Assembly (NCBI RefSeq): GCF_009831105.1
Contig: NZ_WUUQ01000001.1
Span: 450,001 to 482,000 of the forward strand
DNA from: Copranaerobaculum intestinale
Lineage (GTDB): Bacteria > Bacillota_I > Bacilli_A > Erysipelotrichales > Erysipelotrichaceae
Reading direction: 5' to 3'
Length of the DNA: 32,000 nt
Each line of letters starts with the position of its first letter. Within the stretch, counting starts at the first letter, position 1. Both the position numbers and the translations under genes were made by a program. Positions 8,240-16,902 of this stretch are shown here, piece by piece. A model generated the notes under the pieces. The model was not told where the DNA came from and did no database searches. It saw only the letters and a list, made by a program, of their open reading frames with translations.

Positions 8240-9148
8240 ATGTACTCTATAAACGATGTTCTTAAAATATTAGAAAAAGGAAAGGTGAAGTATAAATATA
8301 ACTACTTAGCCGAAATATCTATAAATGCTTTTAGTTCTCTCAATGATTTAAAAGAGAATTCAATAACGTGGGTTAAGCATATAAATGAACATTCAGTAGC
8401 ATATCTAAAGAATACTTCAAACGTGTTGTTTCTGTGTGATATTGATGAATATAGGGAAGACTTAGATAATGTTATTTTTGTCGCTAATTTAAAAAGAACT
8501 TTTTTCAGAATTATAAAAGAGTTTTTTGGTGAAATGGATTATGATCAACAGATACCAAAAGTAGAAAAAAGTGCTATTGTTCTTTCTGAAAAAATTGGAA
8601 ACTCTGTATATATTGGACATCATTCATTCATAGATCGAAACGTATCTATAGGAAATAATGTTACAATACTGCATAATGTTGTAATCCAAGGTAATGTGTC
8701 AATCGCAGATGATGTGTTTATCGAATCTGGTGCAAATATTGGTGTATGCGGATTTGGATACTATTTGAATGAGCAGAATAAATCTGAACGTGTTCCTCAT
8801 CTTGGCAGAATTATTATTGGTAACAAAGTAGTTATTGGGGCTGGAACATGTATAGCACGCGGAAGTTTAAATGACACAATCATTGAAGATAATGTGAAAA
8901 TAGATAACTTATGTCATATAGCTCACAGTGTTCATCTAAGAGACGGGGCAATGATTACAGCATGTTCTGAGATATCGGGAAGTGTTACCATTGGAGAGAA
9001 TACTTGGTTGGGACCTAACACTTCGATAAAAAATGGATTGACCCTTGGGAACAATGTATTTACAGGGATTGCTACTAATGTTGTAAAGGATGTTCCTGAC
9101 GATACTCTTATTTACGGGAACCCGGGAAAAATTAAAGGAGAAAAATGA
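8240..9148 (+). CDS. LpxD-like left-handed beta-helix N-acyltransferase (amino-sugar N-acyl/acetyl transferase)
   Basis: An N-terminal non-repeat domain of about 110 aa is followed by many hexapeptide repeats (IGHHSFIDRNVSIGNNVTILHNVVIQGNVSIADDVFIESGANIG...). An LpxD-style catalytic-His block follows (NLCHIAHSVHLRDGAMIT). Confidence 0.7.
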   Translation: MYSINDVLKILEKGKVKYKYNYLAEISINAFSSLNDLKENSITWVKHINEHSVAYLKNTSNVLFLCDIDEYREDLDNVIFVANLKRTFFRIIKEFFGEMDYDQQIPKVEKSAIVLSEKIGNSVYIGHHSFIDRNVSIGNNVTILHNVVIQGNVSIADDVFIESGANIGVCGFGYYLNEQNKSERVPHLGRIIIGNKVVIGAGTCIARGSLNDTIIEDNVKIDNLCHIAHSVHLRDGAMITACSEISGSVTIGENTWLGPNTSIKNGLTLGNNVFTGIATNVVKDVPDDTLIYGNPGKIKGEK

Positions 9149-9149
9149 C

Positions 9150-9938
9150 ATGCACGAGTTTTTGCCAAGTTATAGTGAATATGAAAAAATACTAAAAAAT
9201 CTTATCAATAGTGGAAAATATTGTGATTATTCTGAAGCACCGAGAAAAGATAAGTTTATTGTTTTAAGACACGATATTGAATTTTCGATTGATAGGGCTT
9301 ACTATATGAGCTTATTAGAAACAAAGTATGGACTAGTATCATCCTATTTTGTACAAATTACTAATAACTCATATAATGCATTTTCTCAGAAAAATATTAA
9401 AATGCTCCAAGAAATGATACGAAATGGGCATCATGTTGGTCTTCACTATCATTGTAATGGATGCCTTGATTCAAAGAAAATAAAAAAAGGAATCAAAAAT
9501 GAAATTCCTGTTTTAGAAAGTATGTTAGGCAATGATATTAAAATAGATCGATTTTCCATGCATAGACCTGCAAAACAAAGCAGGTATTGGGAAATAAAAA
9601 TACCTAATATAATAAATACTTATGCAGAAGATTATTTTGTATTTGATGAAAATGCAAATATAACTTCGAATTTAGGTGTGAAATATATTTCAGATAGTAA
9701 GCATAGATGGAACTATGGCTTTCCCGATGAAAAAACATTACGTGAAAATGATAAAATACAAATATTAATACATCCATTTAGCTGGACCGAAAAAGGATTA
9801 AGTAATGAAAATAATTTTAAGTCTTTAATTAATGAAAAAACGTTAGAATTAATGGATACGTTTAGTAATGAATTTCAACGTTATGAGGAATGTAGAGAAA
9901 ATATTCATAGTGAATATATTAAGTTGAAATATAAGTGA
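9150..9938 (+). CDS. Hypothetical protein, possibly a divergent CE4/ArnD-like polysaccharide or nucleotide-sugar deacetylase
   Basis: I place the start at ATG 9150 (GGAG SD at 9137-9140, 1 nt after the upstream stop), not at 9090. The Asp/His-rich blocks VLRHDIEFS, GHHVGLHYH, FSMHRP and ILIHPFSW loosely parallel CE4 motifs 1, 2, 3 and 5. The functional call is weak; the CDS itself is well supported by operon packing. Confidence 0.5.
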   Translation: MHEFLPSYSEYEKILKNLINSGKYCDYSEAPRKDKFIVLRHDIEFSIDRAYYMSLLETKYGLVSSYFVQITNNSYNAFSQKNIKMLQEMIRNGHHVGLHYHCNGCLDSKKIKKGIKNEIPVLESMLGNDIKIDRFSMHRPAKQSRYWEIKIPNIINTYAEDYFVFDENANITSNLGVKYISDSKHRWNYGFPDEKTLRENDKIQILIHPFSWTEKGLSNENNFKSLINEKTLELMDTFSNEFQRYEECRENIHSEYIKLKYK

Positions 9939-9968
9939 TAAATAATTAATAATATTATAGGAGGAATC

Positions 9969-10946
9969 ATGGTGAGATATTGTGAATTGAAATTTGAAGA
10001 AAACAGTGTATTTTTAGTTACTGGAGGAGCTGGATTTATAGGCTCTAACTTATGCGAAGCATTATTAAATATGGGATATAAAGTTATATGTCTAGATAAC
10101 CTTTCCACTGGAAAAAAAGAAAATGTAGATATGTTTATAAAATCTCCCAATTATACATTTATACAAGGAGATATTACCGATTTTGATACTTGTATGAATG
10201 CATGTAAAAATGTTGATTACGTACTTCATCAAGCTGCATGGGGGTCGGTACCGAGAAGCATTGAAATGCCTTTGTATTATGAGAAAGTAAATATCGGTGG
10301 AACATTAAATATGATGGAGGCCGCACGTCAGAATAACGTCAAAAAATTCGTGTATGCATCAAGTTCATCAGTATATGGTGATCATCCTGTTCTGCCAAAA
10401 GTTGAGGGGAAAGAGGGGAATGTTATCAGTCCGTACGCTTTAACTAAAAGGGTAAATGAAGAATATGGTAAATTGTATAAAAAACTTTATAATCTGGATA
10501 CATATGGTATGCGTTATTTTAATGTGTTTGGTAGACGTCAAGATCCTGATGGTGCATACGCTGCTGTGATTCCAAAATTTATAAAACAATTATTAAATAA
10601 CGAGCAACCTAAAATAAATGGTGACGGGAAACAATCTCGTGACTTTACTTACATCGATAATGTAATAGAGGCTAACTTAAAGGCATGTCTCGCATCTAGT
10701 GAGGCCGCTGGCGAAGCTTTTAACATAGCTTATGGAGGCAGAGAGTATTTAATTGATGTATATAACCATTTATGTGATGCGTTGGATATACATATAGATC
10801 CATCTTTTGGTCCGGATCGAAATGGAGATATCAAGCATAGTAATGCAGATATAACGAAAGCAAGAAAGTTGCTTGGATACGATCCAGAATATAGCTTTGA
10901 AGAAGGTATTAATTTGGCTATTGATTGGTACAAAAATCATTTATGA
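9969..10946 (+). CDS. NAD-dependent UDP-HexNAc(A) 4-epimerase of the WbpP/TviC type
   Basis: Diagnostic blocks are present: FLVTGGAGFIGSNLCEALL, VDYVLHQAAWGSVPRS, YASSSSVYGDHPVLPKVEG, SPYALTKRVNE (catalytic Y-x3-K), and RYFNVFGRRQDPDGAYAAVIPKF. These match the WbpP/TviC/CapN subgroup. An SD (TAGGAGGA) precedes the ATG. Confidence 0.9.
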   Translation: MVRYCELKFEENSVFLVTGGAGFIGSNLCEALLNMGYKVICLDNLSTGKKENVDMFIKSPNYTFIQGDITDFDTCMNACKNVDYVLHQAAWGSVPRSIEMPLYYEKVNIGGTLNMMEAARQNNVKKFVYASSSSVYGDHPVLPKVEGKEGNVISPYALTKRVNEEYGKLYKKLYNLDTYGMRYFNVFGRRQDPDGAYAAVIPKFIKQLLNNEQPKINGDGKQSRDFTYIDNVIEANLKACLASSEAAGEAFNIAYGGREYLIDVYNHLCDALDIHIDPSFGPDRNGDIKHSNADITKARKLLGYDPEYSFEEGINLAIDWYKNHL

Positions 10947-11362
10947 GAATATCTAAAATAATAAAATCAAAATGGATTAATGCTAGTATAATCTTAAAAA
11001 GATTAGCGAAAGTATATCTTAGAATAGTTTATAGTTGTGATATTCCAATTGGTTTGAAAATCGGAAATAATGTTTACTTTGCACATAATGCTCTAGGTGT
11101 TGTTATTCATAGAGGAGTCATTATTAAAGATAATGTCAAAATATTTCAAAATGTGACTATAGGCACAAATCTAGGTGAAGATGATGAAATGTTAGCACCC
11201 GTCATAGGTAATAATGTAATTATCTGTGCTGGTGCAAAAATAATTGGACATATAGAGATAGGTGATAATGTAATAATTGGCGCAGGCGCTGTTGTACTTA
11301 AAAATGTAGATAGTGATGTGATAGTAGCAGGAAATCCTGCAAAAGTAATAAAAAAAAGATAA
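10943..11362 (+). CDS. Small hexapeptide-repeat acetyltransferase (CysE/LacA/NodL-like O- or N-acetyltransferase), 139 aa
   Basis: Hexapeptide repeats are present (IGNNVIICAGAKIIGHIEIGDNVIIGAGAVVLKNVDSDVIVAGNPAKVI). I place the start at ATG 10943 (ATGA overlap with the epimerase stop), not at 10925. Confidence 0.8.
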   Translation: MRISKIIKSKWINASIILKRLAKVYLRIVYSCDIPIGLKIGNNVYFAHNALGVVIHRGVIIKDNVKIFQNVTIGTNLGEDDEMLAPVIGNNVIICAGAKIIGHIEIGDNVIIGAGAVVLKNVDSDVIVAGNPAKVIKKR

Positions 11363-11386
11363 ATGTATTAGAAACGAGGAATCTAA

Positions 11387-12535
11387 ATGAATCTATATTA
11401 TATTTGTGACATAGGTTTTTCTAAAAATGAGAATGAGATTTATACAACAAGAGGCAATATTAATGCATTAGAACGATTTAGTGGGTATTTTGATAAAATT
11501 TATATAATTTGTAGAAACAGAAAAACCGTTGTTAATGATGGCGGTATTAAATTAGGATGCAAGTATAATATGTTCATTTTAGAAGACATTAAAATCAGTG
11601 ATGGTATAACTTTTTTTAAGAAAAATCACAAAAATAAAAGAACTATTAAGAATATATTAAAGAATTGCAATCAAAATGATATAGTGATAGGTCTTGGACT
11701 AAATGGCTCAGTTGGATTAAGAATAGCCAATAACTTACATTTAAAAACGATAGGGTATATTGGAGGCAGTGGAATTTTAAGTGCTAAAAAAGAATTTCAA
11801 CTAGATCATAGCTTTAGTCAGCTAGTGAAAAATCTCATTATTCATTACTATCAAAAAAAGCTTGTTAAGAGTGCTGATTATATGCAATATGTTTCTCCAT
11901 ATTTGAAAGAGGAATATTCAACTTTTCAGCCTGCCTTAATATCTTCCTCTGTTTTGATTGAAAATATTACAAAAGAAATTGTAAAACAACGAAAGAATAA
12001 AGTTAATACATATACAATTGGTATTGTTGGTTTTTTAAGTGAGATGAAAGGTACAAGCTTCGCAATTGAATTATTAGAATCACTACCGCCAGAGTGGAAC
12101 TTGAAAATAGTAGGACGCGGGGATATTGATCATTATATGAGTGTGGCCCAAGAACATAGTGTTGCAAATCGCGTGAAATTGTTAGGACAGTTAAAAACAG
12201 AGAAGCAGATTTTTGATTTTCTCGACGGAGTGGATATCTATATTCAGCCTAGTGTGAGCGAAGGATTGCCGAGAGCAACTATTGAAGCAATGAGCAGAGG
12301 ATGCCCTGTTATTGCTAATCAAGTCGGCGGTCTTGTAGATATAGTGGATAAAGAAAATTTGTTTCCTATTAATGATATAAGTGGATATGCTGATAGAATA
12401 CTCCAGATATCAAAAGATCCAGGGTTACTCGAAAAAATGCAAAATCATAGTTTTGAGGTAGCAGCTCAATTTGAAAATGATATTATTCAAAATAGATATG
12501 ATAAATTTTGGAAGGAGATAATTTATGGAAAATAA
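11387..12535 (+). CDS. GT4-family glycosyltransferase
   Basis: The C-terminal GT4 signature IYIQPSVSEGLPRATIEAMSRGCPVIANQVGGLVDIV is present. A GAGGA SD lies upstream. Confidence 0.8.
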   Translation: MNLYYICDIGFSKNENEIYTTRGNINALERFSGYFDKIYIICRNRKTVVNDGGIKLGCKYNMFILEDIKISDGITFFKKNHKNKRTIKNILKNCNQNDIVIGLGLNGSVGLRIANNLHLKTIGYIGGSGILSAKKEFQLDHSFSQLVKNLIIHYYQKKLVKSADYMQYVSPYLKEEYSTFQPALISSSVLIENITKEIVKQRKNKVNTYTIGIVGFLSEMKGTSFAIELLESLPPEWNLKIVGRGDIDHYMSVAQEHSVANRVKLLGQLKTEKQIFDFLDGVDIYIQPSVSEGLPRATIEAMSRGCPVIANQVGGLVDIVDKENLFPINDISGYADRILQISKDPGLLEKMQNHSFEVAAQFENDIIQNRYDKFWKEIIYGK

Positions 12536-13619
12536 AATTCTTCATGTTGTCTCTAACATGGATCGTGGCGGTATTGAAACACTTGTACTAAATTTAAACA
12601 CTTTAATGTTGGGCTCTGAATATACTTTTGATTATGTTATACATGGAGATGATGTTGGTCATTATGAGAAAGAGTTAAAAGAGCTTCATGCAAAGATTTA
12701 TCATTTCCCTAAATTTAAATTGGTGAATACCTTGCAATATATTAGATATTGGCGGCGCTTTATGAACTGCCACCCTGAGTATAAAATAATTCATTGTCAT
12801 ATTCGAAGTTATGCTAGTGTTATTTATTTTGCTGTTAAAAGATTTCATCTCAAATTTATAATCCATAGTCATAATACTAGCAATGGAATGGGATTAAAAA
12901 ATAAGATAAAGGATATTTTGCAAATCCCTTTTAAACTTAATCTGCAAAATGTCTATCGATTGGCCTGTTCTAAGGATGCTGGAGATTGGCTTTTTGGAAA
13001 GAAAAAGTATTATATTTTAAGAAATGGTATTTTGACAGACAACTTTCGGTTTAATGCCTGTGTTCGCAAACAGATTAGGACTAAATATGGATTCCAAAAT
13101 AAACATGTATTGGGCCATATTGGAGGGTTTAGAAAACAAAAGAACCATATGTTTTTATTAGACGTATTCAAAAAGTATTGTGAGCAGGATGAAGATGCTA
13201 GGTTAGTGCTTTTAGGTTCAGGTGATTTATATGACGATGTAATATTAAAAAGTAAAGAACTTCATATTTATGATAAAATAACTTTTGTTGGAAATGTTAG
13301 TAATGTTCATGAATATATGAATATGTTTGATATTTTTGTATTTCCTTCTTTGAACGAAGGGCTTCCGCTTGTTTTAGTGGAGGCTCAAATGAATGGCTTG
13401 GTATGTATAGTTTCTGATCAAGTACCTAATGAAGTTGCTTTGACTGAACATTTATATTTTCTGCCTTTGAATGACAAAAATAAATGGTGTAATACAATTG
13501 CAGATAATATTGATGCAAACCGGTATGATGCTACTATAAACATCAAGCAAAAGGGATATGATTTGCAAAGTTCTGTTGAGCAGCTAAAAGCGATATATGG
13601 TGAATTATTATGCAAATAA
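12525..13619 (+). CDS. GT4-family glycosyltransferase
   Basis: ILHVVSNMDRGGIETLVLNL is at the N-terminus, and the GT4 signature IFVFPSLNEGLPLVLVEAQMNGLVCIVSDQVPNEV is at the C-terminus. An AAGGAG SD is present, and the gene overlaps the upstream gene. Confidence 0.8.
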   Translation: MENKILHVVSNMDRGGIETLVLNLNTLMLGSEYTFDYVIHGDDVGHYEKELKELHAKIYHFPKFKLVNTLQYIRYWRRFMNCHPEYKIIHCHIRSYASVIYFAVKRFHLKFIIHSHNTSNGMGLKNKIKDILQIPFKLNLQNVYRLACSKDAGDWLFGKKKYYILRNGILTDNFRFNACVRKQIRTKYGFQNKHVLGHIGGFRKQKNHMFLLDVFKKYCEQDEDARLVLLGSGDLYDDVILKSKELHIYDKITFVGNVSNVHEYMNMFDIFVFPSLNEGLPLVLVEAQMNGLVCIVSDQVPNEVALTEHLYFLPLNDKNKWCNTIADNIDANRYDATINIKQKGYDLQSSVEQLKAIYGELLCK

Positions 13620-14896
13620 AAAAAAGTAGTCTTATTTTTTATTTTTTTGTTTTAATTCTAACTGTTGTAATTTTTACTGTCAATGATATAACCACTAGTA
13701 TCATAACTTTTATTTTATTTAATATTTTGTATTACATATTTCATGGTTTTAATGTTATCCGACCAGATTGTTGGTTTATACCTGTTTATAGTCTTTACTC
13801 AACTGCCTTTGCAATTTTAAGCAAAATGGGGGAGTTTTCATCTTATGTAGCAACTAACAAGCATTTACTACTAAGTTGGATAGGCTTAATAACGTTTTGC
13901 TTATGCGTGAATAAAAAAAATGTTGTATATGATAAAGCTCGTTTAGGGATAAAGATTGAAAAAAGTATAATTATTACAGCAATTTTACTTGTAGTGGGGA
14001 TTACCCTTCTTTATAATTACTATCTTCTGAAGAATCCTGTATATAATAAAATTGATGTAGCAAATTCAAATAATATTATTGTGTTAATGGGGAATTTGAT
14101 ATTACCCAATCTATCTTTATTTTTTGTTTTAATGATGTTTTTTACTAATCTTAGTGGTCGCACAAAGAAGATTATTTTCGCAATTTTAATAGCATTATTA
14201 TTGTTAACCTTTTTAGTTAATGGGGATAGATCTTTAGTGATAAAAAATGCTATATGTGGTATTCTTGTATATCATATTTTAATAAAAAAAATAACCTTTA
14301 AAAAAGCAATAATTGTTGGATTTTCCGCGATGCTTGCATTATCAATCATGTCCCCGCTCAAGATGGTATTGCTGCGGCAGGAAAGCAGTTATGCTGTTGC
14401 AAAAGAAGATAATCGTAATTTTGTTGTTAAGTTGTTGGAGTCAGATTTTCATGCAGCGGGATTGAATTTAAATACGTTAGCAAATGGAAGAGATCAATAT
14501 GATTTAAAGTACGGTGAAACATGGCTGTATGATATTATTAGACCATTTGATATGGTTTTGCCAATAGATATTTCTAATTACAGCTCAATGAAGTGGTATC
14601 AAAACTTTTTTTACCCTGGAAAAGTAACTGGAATGGGTTTTACTCTTACTGGAGAAGGATATATCAATTTTGGTGTCTTAGGTGTAATAATTGAAATGAT
14701 GGCCGTAGCTGCATTAGTCAATTACTTATATAAATTATCTTCTAGATCAGGATTAACAATAAGCTTATATATTTGTATGATTCCTATTTTTATGTATGCT
14801 AATCGTGCAGATTTAGCTAATATCCTTAGTCCTTTAATCAAAATGTTGATACCCTTAGGAATATTTTATTTATTTATGGATAAAAGAGAAATTTGA
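13610..14896 (+). CDS. wzy: Polytopic membrane protein, probable Wzy-type repeat-unit polymerase
   Basis: The 428-aa protein is extremely hydrophobic with about 10 or more predicted TM segments and one larger hydrophilic loop (RQESSYAVAKEDNRNFVVKLLESDFHAAGLNLNTLANGRDQYD). It sits directly before the flippase. The assignment is by architecture and context only. Confidence 0.6.
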   Translation: MQIKKSSLIFYFFVLILTVVIFTVNDITTSIITFILFNILYYIFHGFNVIRPDCWFIPVYSLYSTAFAILSKMGEFSSYVATNKHLLLSWIGLITFCLCVNKKNVVYDKARLGIKIEKSIIITAILLVVGITLLYNYYLLKNPVYNKIDVANSNNIIVLMGNLILPNLSLFFVLMMFFTNLSGRTKKIIFAILIALLLLTFLVNGDRSLVIKNAICGILVYHILIKKITFKKAIIVGFSAMLALSIMSPLKMVLLRQESSYAVAKEDNRNFVVKLLESDFHAAGLNLNTLANGRDQYDLKYGETWLYDIIRPFDMVLPIDISNYSSMKWYQNFFYPGKVTGMGFTLTGEGYINFGVLGVIIEMMAVAALVNYLYKLSSRSGLTISLYICMIPIFMYANRADLANILSPLIKMLIPLGIFYLFMDKREI

Positions 14897-14897
14897 T

Positions 14898-16409
14898 ATG
14901 CGGAAAAAATATACTATTTATAATTTGATTTCATCTTTGGGTGGTCAAATGATATCTTTATTAATTGGCATTGTAGCAAGAGCATACTTTGTGCGTTACT
15001 TGGGTATAGAAATGTCTGGACTTAATTCATTGTGTACAACTATTATTTCCAGTTTATCTATTGCTGAATTGGGTATCGGTGACGCTATAACATTTAATTT
15101 ATATAAGCCACTTGCAGAAAATAATCGGCATAGAATTATTGCTTTAATGGGTTATTTTAAGAAAATATATGTAGTTATCGCTTTCGTTGTTCTAGTCTTA
15201 GGCGGTATTATGATCCCGTTTTTACCTTATTTTACAAATAATCTTGATTATATTTTAGTCTTAGGTGTATTTTTAATTTTCTTGATCAATTCATTTATTT
15301 CATATTTCTTTTCTTATAAACGAGTCATGCTGTTTTCTAATCAAAAGGATTATTTAATTTCTTCTATACATTACATGTTTTATTTCGCTCAGAATATTTT
15401 ACAGATTATTGTTTTAGTTTTGACCAGTAATATTTACCTGTTTTTACTATTAATGGTTTTAGCAACTTTAGGTGAAAATTTCTTAATTTCTTATATTGTT
15501 GATAAAAAATATAAATATTTACGCAATAAAAAAGTTTTGTTAGATAAAAGAAGTAAAAAAGAATTATTTCGTGATGTTAAATCTACGTTGATGTTTAAAT
15601 TAGGACGTTTAATAACAGAAAATGAGGATAATCTTATAATATCATTTTTTATAGGTGTAAGTAATGTGGGGATTTACGCTAATTATCTTTTAATAATGAC
15701 TTCACTTAGAAGTATCTTGTTGAAAATCTTTAAAAGTTGTTTAGCCAGTCTTGGTAATTTAAATGCTGAGAAGGATGACGATTATAACTATGTTATAACA
15801 AATGTTTTGGCATTCATTAATCTTATAATATCAGGATTTGTATTTGTGGAGTTTTCTCTTCTTATAAATCGATTCATACCTTTGTGGGTGGGGAAAAAAT
15901 ATTTGTTTACGGATAAAATTGTTATTTTACTTGGATTTATTATTTTTCTGCAGTGTAGTCGAGCTATTTTTTCTACTTTCCGAGACGGTTTTGGATTATT
16001 TAGAGTTTTTAATTGGCGAACATTGGCGGAGGCTTTTGTTAATTTTGTATTATCAGTGTTTTTAGTTAAAAAAATCGGTATATATGGGATATTTTTAGGA
16101 ACTGCAATTAGTAATGTTTTGTTTTTTATAATTGAGCCAATTATGGTTTATAGTTATAAATTTCATAAACCTGTTCGTCATTATTTATTATTATTTATTA
16201 AAATTTTAGGAGTTTCTGTATTTTGTATAATTATTATGGGACGATTATCAAGTAGTCTATACATCAATTGGATTTCTTTACTTATTTTGGGCTTTAGTAC
16301 TATGATCGTTTATTTAATAATAGTATATCTAATGCTAAGAAAAGATAAATCATTCATATTTTTACGTAATATTGGAATGGATTATTTTCAAAAAATTAAA
16401 AATAGGTAG
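14898..16409 (+). CDS. wzx: Wzx-type (MOP superfamily) polysaccharide flippase
   Basis: The 503-aa protein has many TM segments and an N-terminus typical of polysaccharide-biosynthesis (PST) transporters (LISSLGGQMISLLIGIVARAYFVRYLGIEMSGLNSL). It is the last gene of the operon. Confidence 0.75.
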   Translation: MRKKYTIYNLISSLGGQMISLLIGIVARAYFVRYLGIEMSGLNSLCTTIISSLSIAELGIGDAITFNLYKPLAENNRHRIIALMGYFKKIYVVIAFVVLVLGGIMIPFLPYFTNNLDYILVLGVFLIFLINSFISYFFSYKRVMLFSNQKDYLISSIHYMFYFAQNILQIIVLVLTSNIYLFLLLMVLATLGENFLISYIVDKKYKYLRNKKVLLDKRSKKELFRDVKSTLMFKLGRLITENEDNLIISFFIGVSNVGIYANYLLIMTSLRSILLKIFKSCLASLGNLNAEKDDDYNYVITNVLAFINLIISGFVFVEFSLLINRFIPLWVGKKYLFTDKIVILLGFIIFLQCSRAIFSTFRDGFGLFRVFNWRTLAEAFVNFVLSVFLVKKIGIYGIFLGTAISNVLFFIIEPIMVYSYKFHKPVRHYLLLFIKILGVSVFCIIIMGRLSSSLYINWISLLILGFSTMIVYLIIVYLMLRKDKSFIFLRNIGMDYFQKIKNR

Positions 16410-16812
16410 ATATTAATCTAAGCAAAGGATCAAGCTATTTATTATTTATACTAGGTGAAAGGGATGTGAAATGAAGTGAATAATTTCGTAATGTGCACCA
16501 ATATAGATTAAGCGTATCTTTATAATTCTTAATTCATTTATACAACACCATAATACACAAAACCAGCTCCACTTTTGCTATTCTGATATTGAGAGTGACA
16601 AGCTTCATATGTATAGTGAAAGGAGAGCTTTTATTTTGTCTAAAAGAATCAATCAATCCTATTTTTGATTGCATATTAGTTAGTAGTATTTCAATACCAA
16701 AATTTGAATCTTTAAAAAGTATTTCAAAATTTTGTGTAAACTCTAAATATGTAGGAAGAATCAGTGAGTGGTAGAACTTCTTTTTCTATTTATTAAATAA
16801 CCTAGAACTCCT

Positions 16813-16857
16813 AAAAAGGTACACATTCTCGGCTCTGATATTTCATGTGCTTTTTTT
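16813..16857. terminator. Weak candidate bidirectional terminator in the convergent gap between wzx and addA
   Basis: An A-run (16813-16817) precedes ACACAT (16821-16826), an 18-nt loop and ATGTGC (16845-16850), followed by a T7 run (16851-16857). The stem is only 5 bp on the + strand. On the - strand RNA it is 6 bp including a G-U pair. It is marginal. Confidence 0.3.
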
Positions 16858-16902
16858 ATATATTTAAATTTTATATGAGAAATCACAATTAATAATTATT
16901 GA

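Noticed and set aside
1786-14291. A8 homopolymer tracts at the 5' end of the aminotransferase (1786-1793) and three in wzy (13618-13625, 13913-13920, 14284-14291), considered as slipped-strand phase-variation switches
   Set aside because: Runs of 8 A are expected frequently in coding sequence this AT-rich with Lys-rich codons (AAA AAA). Contingency loci usually have tracts of 9-10 or longer, and all the genes are currently in frame. Length polymorphism in read data would be needed to revive this idea.
16534-16608. 24-aa hydrophobic peptide on the - strand (MKLVTLNIRIAKVELVLCIMVLYK), reminiscent in size of type I toxins
   Set aside because: There is no Shine-Dalgarno sequence upstream, no visible antisense RNA promoter/terminator architecture, and the peptide is very short. 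It cannot be told apart from chance in AT-rich DNA.
16589-16774. 61-aa TTG-initiated + strand ORF in the spacer after wzx. There is also a 10-aa or 19-aa mini-ORF behind the AAAGGAGA at 16619-16626.
   Set aside because: The TTG start has no SD and no motifs, and no downstream gene would make sense of a leader peptide. The surrounding frames are full of stops.
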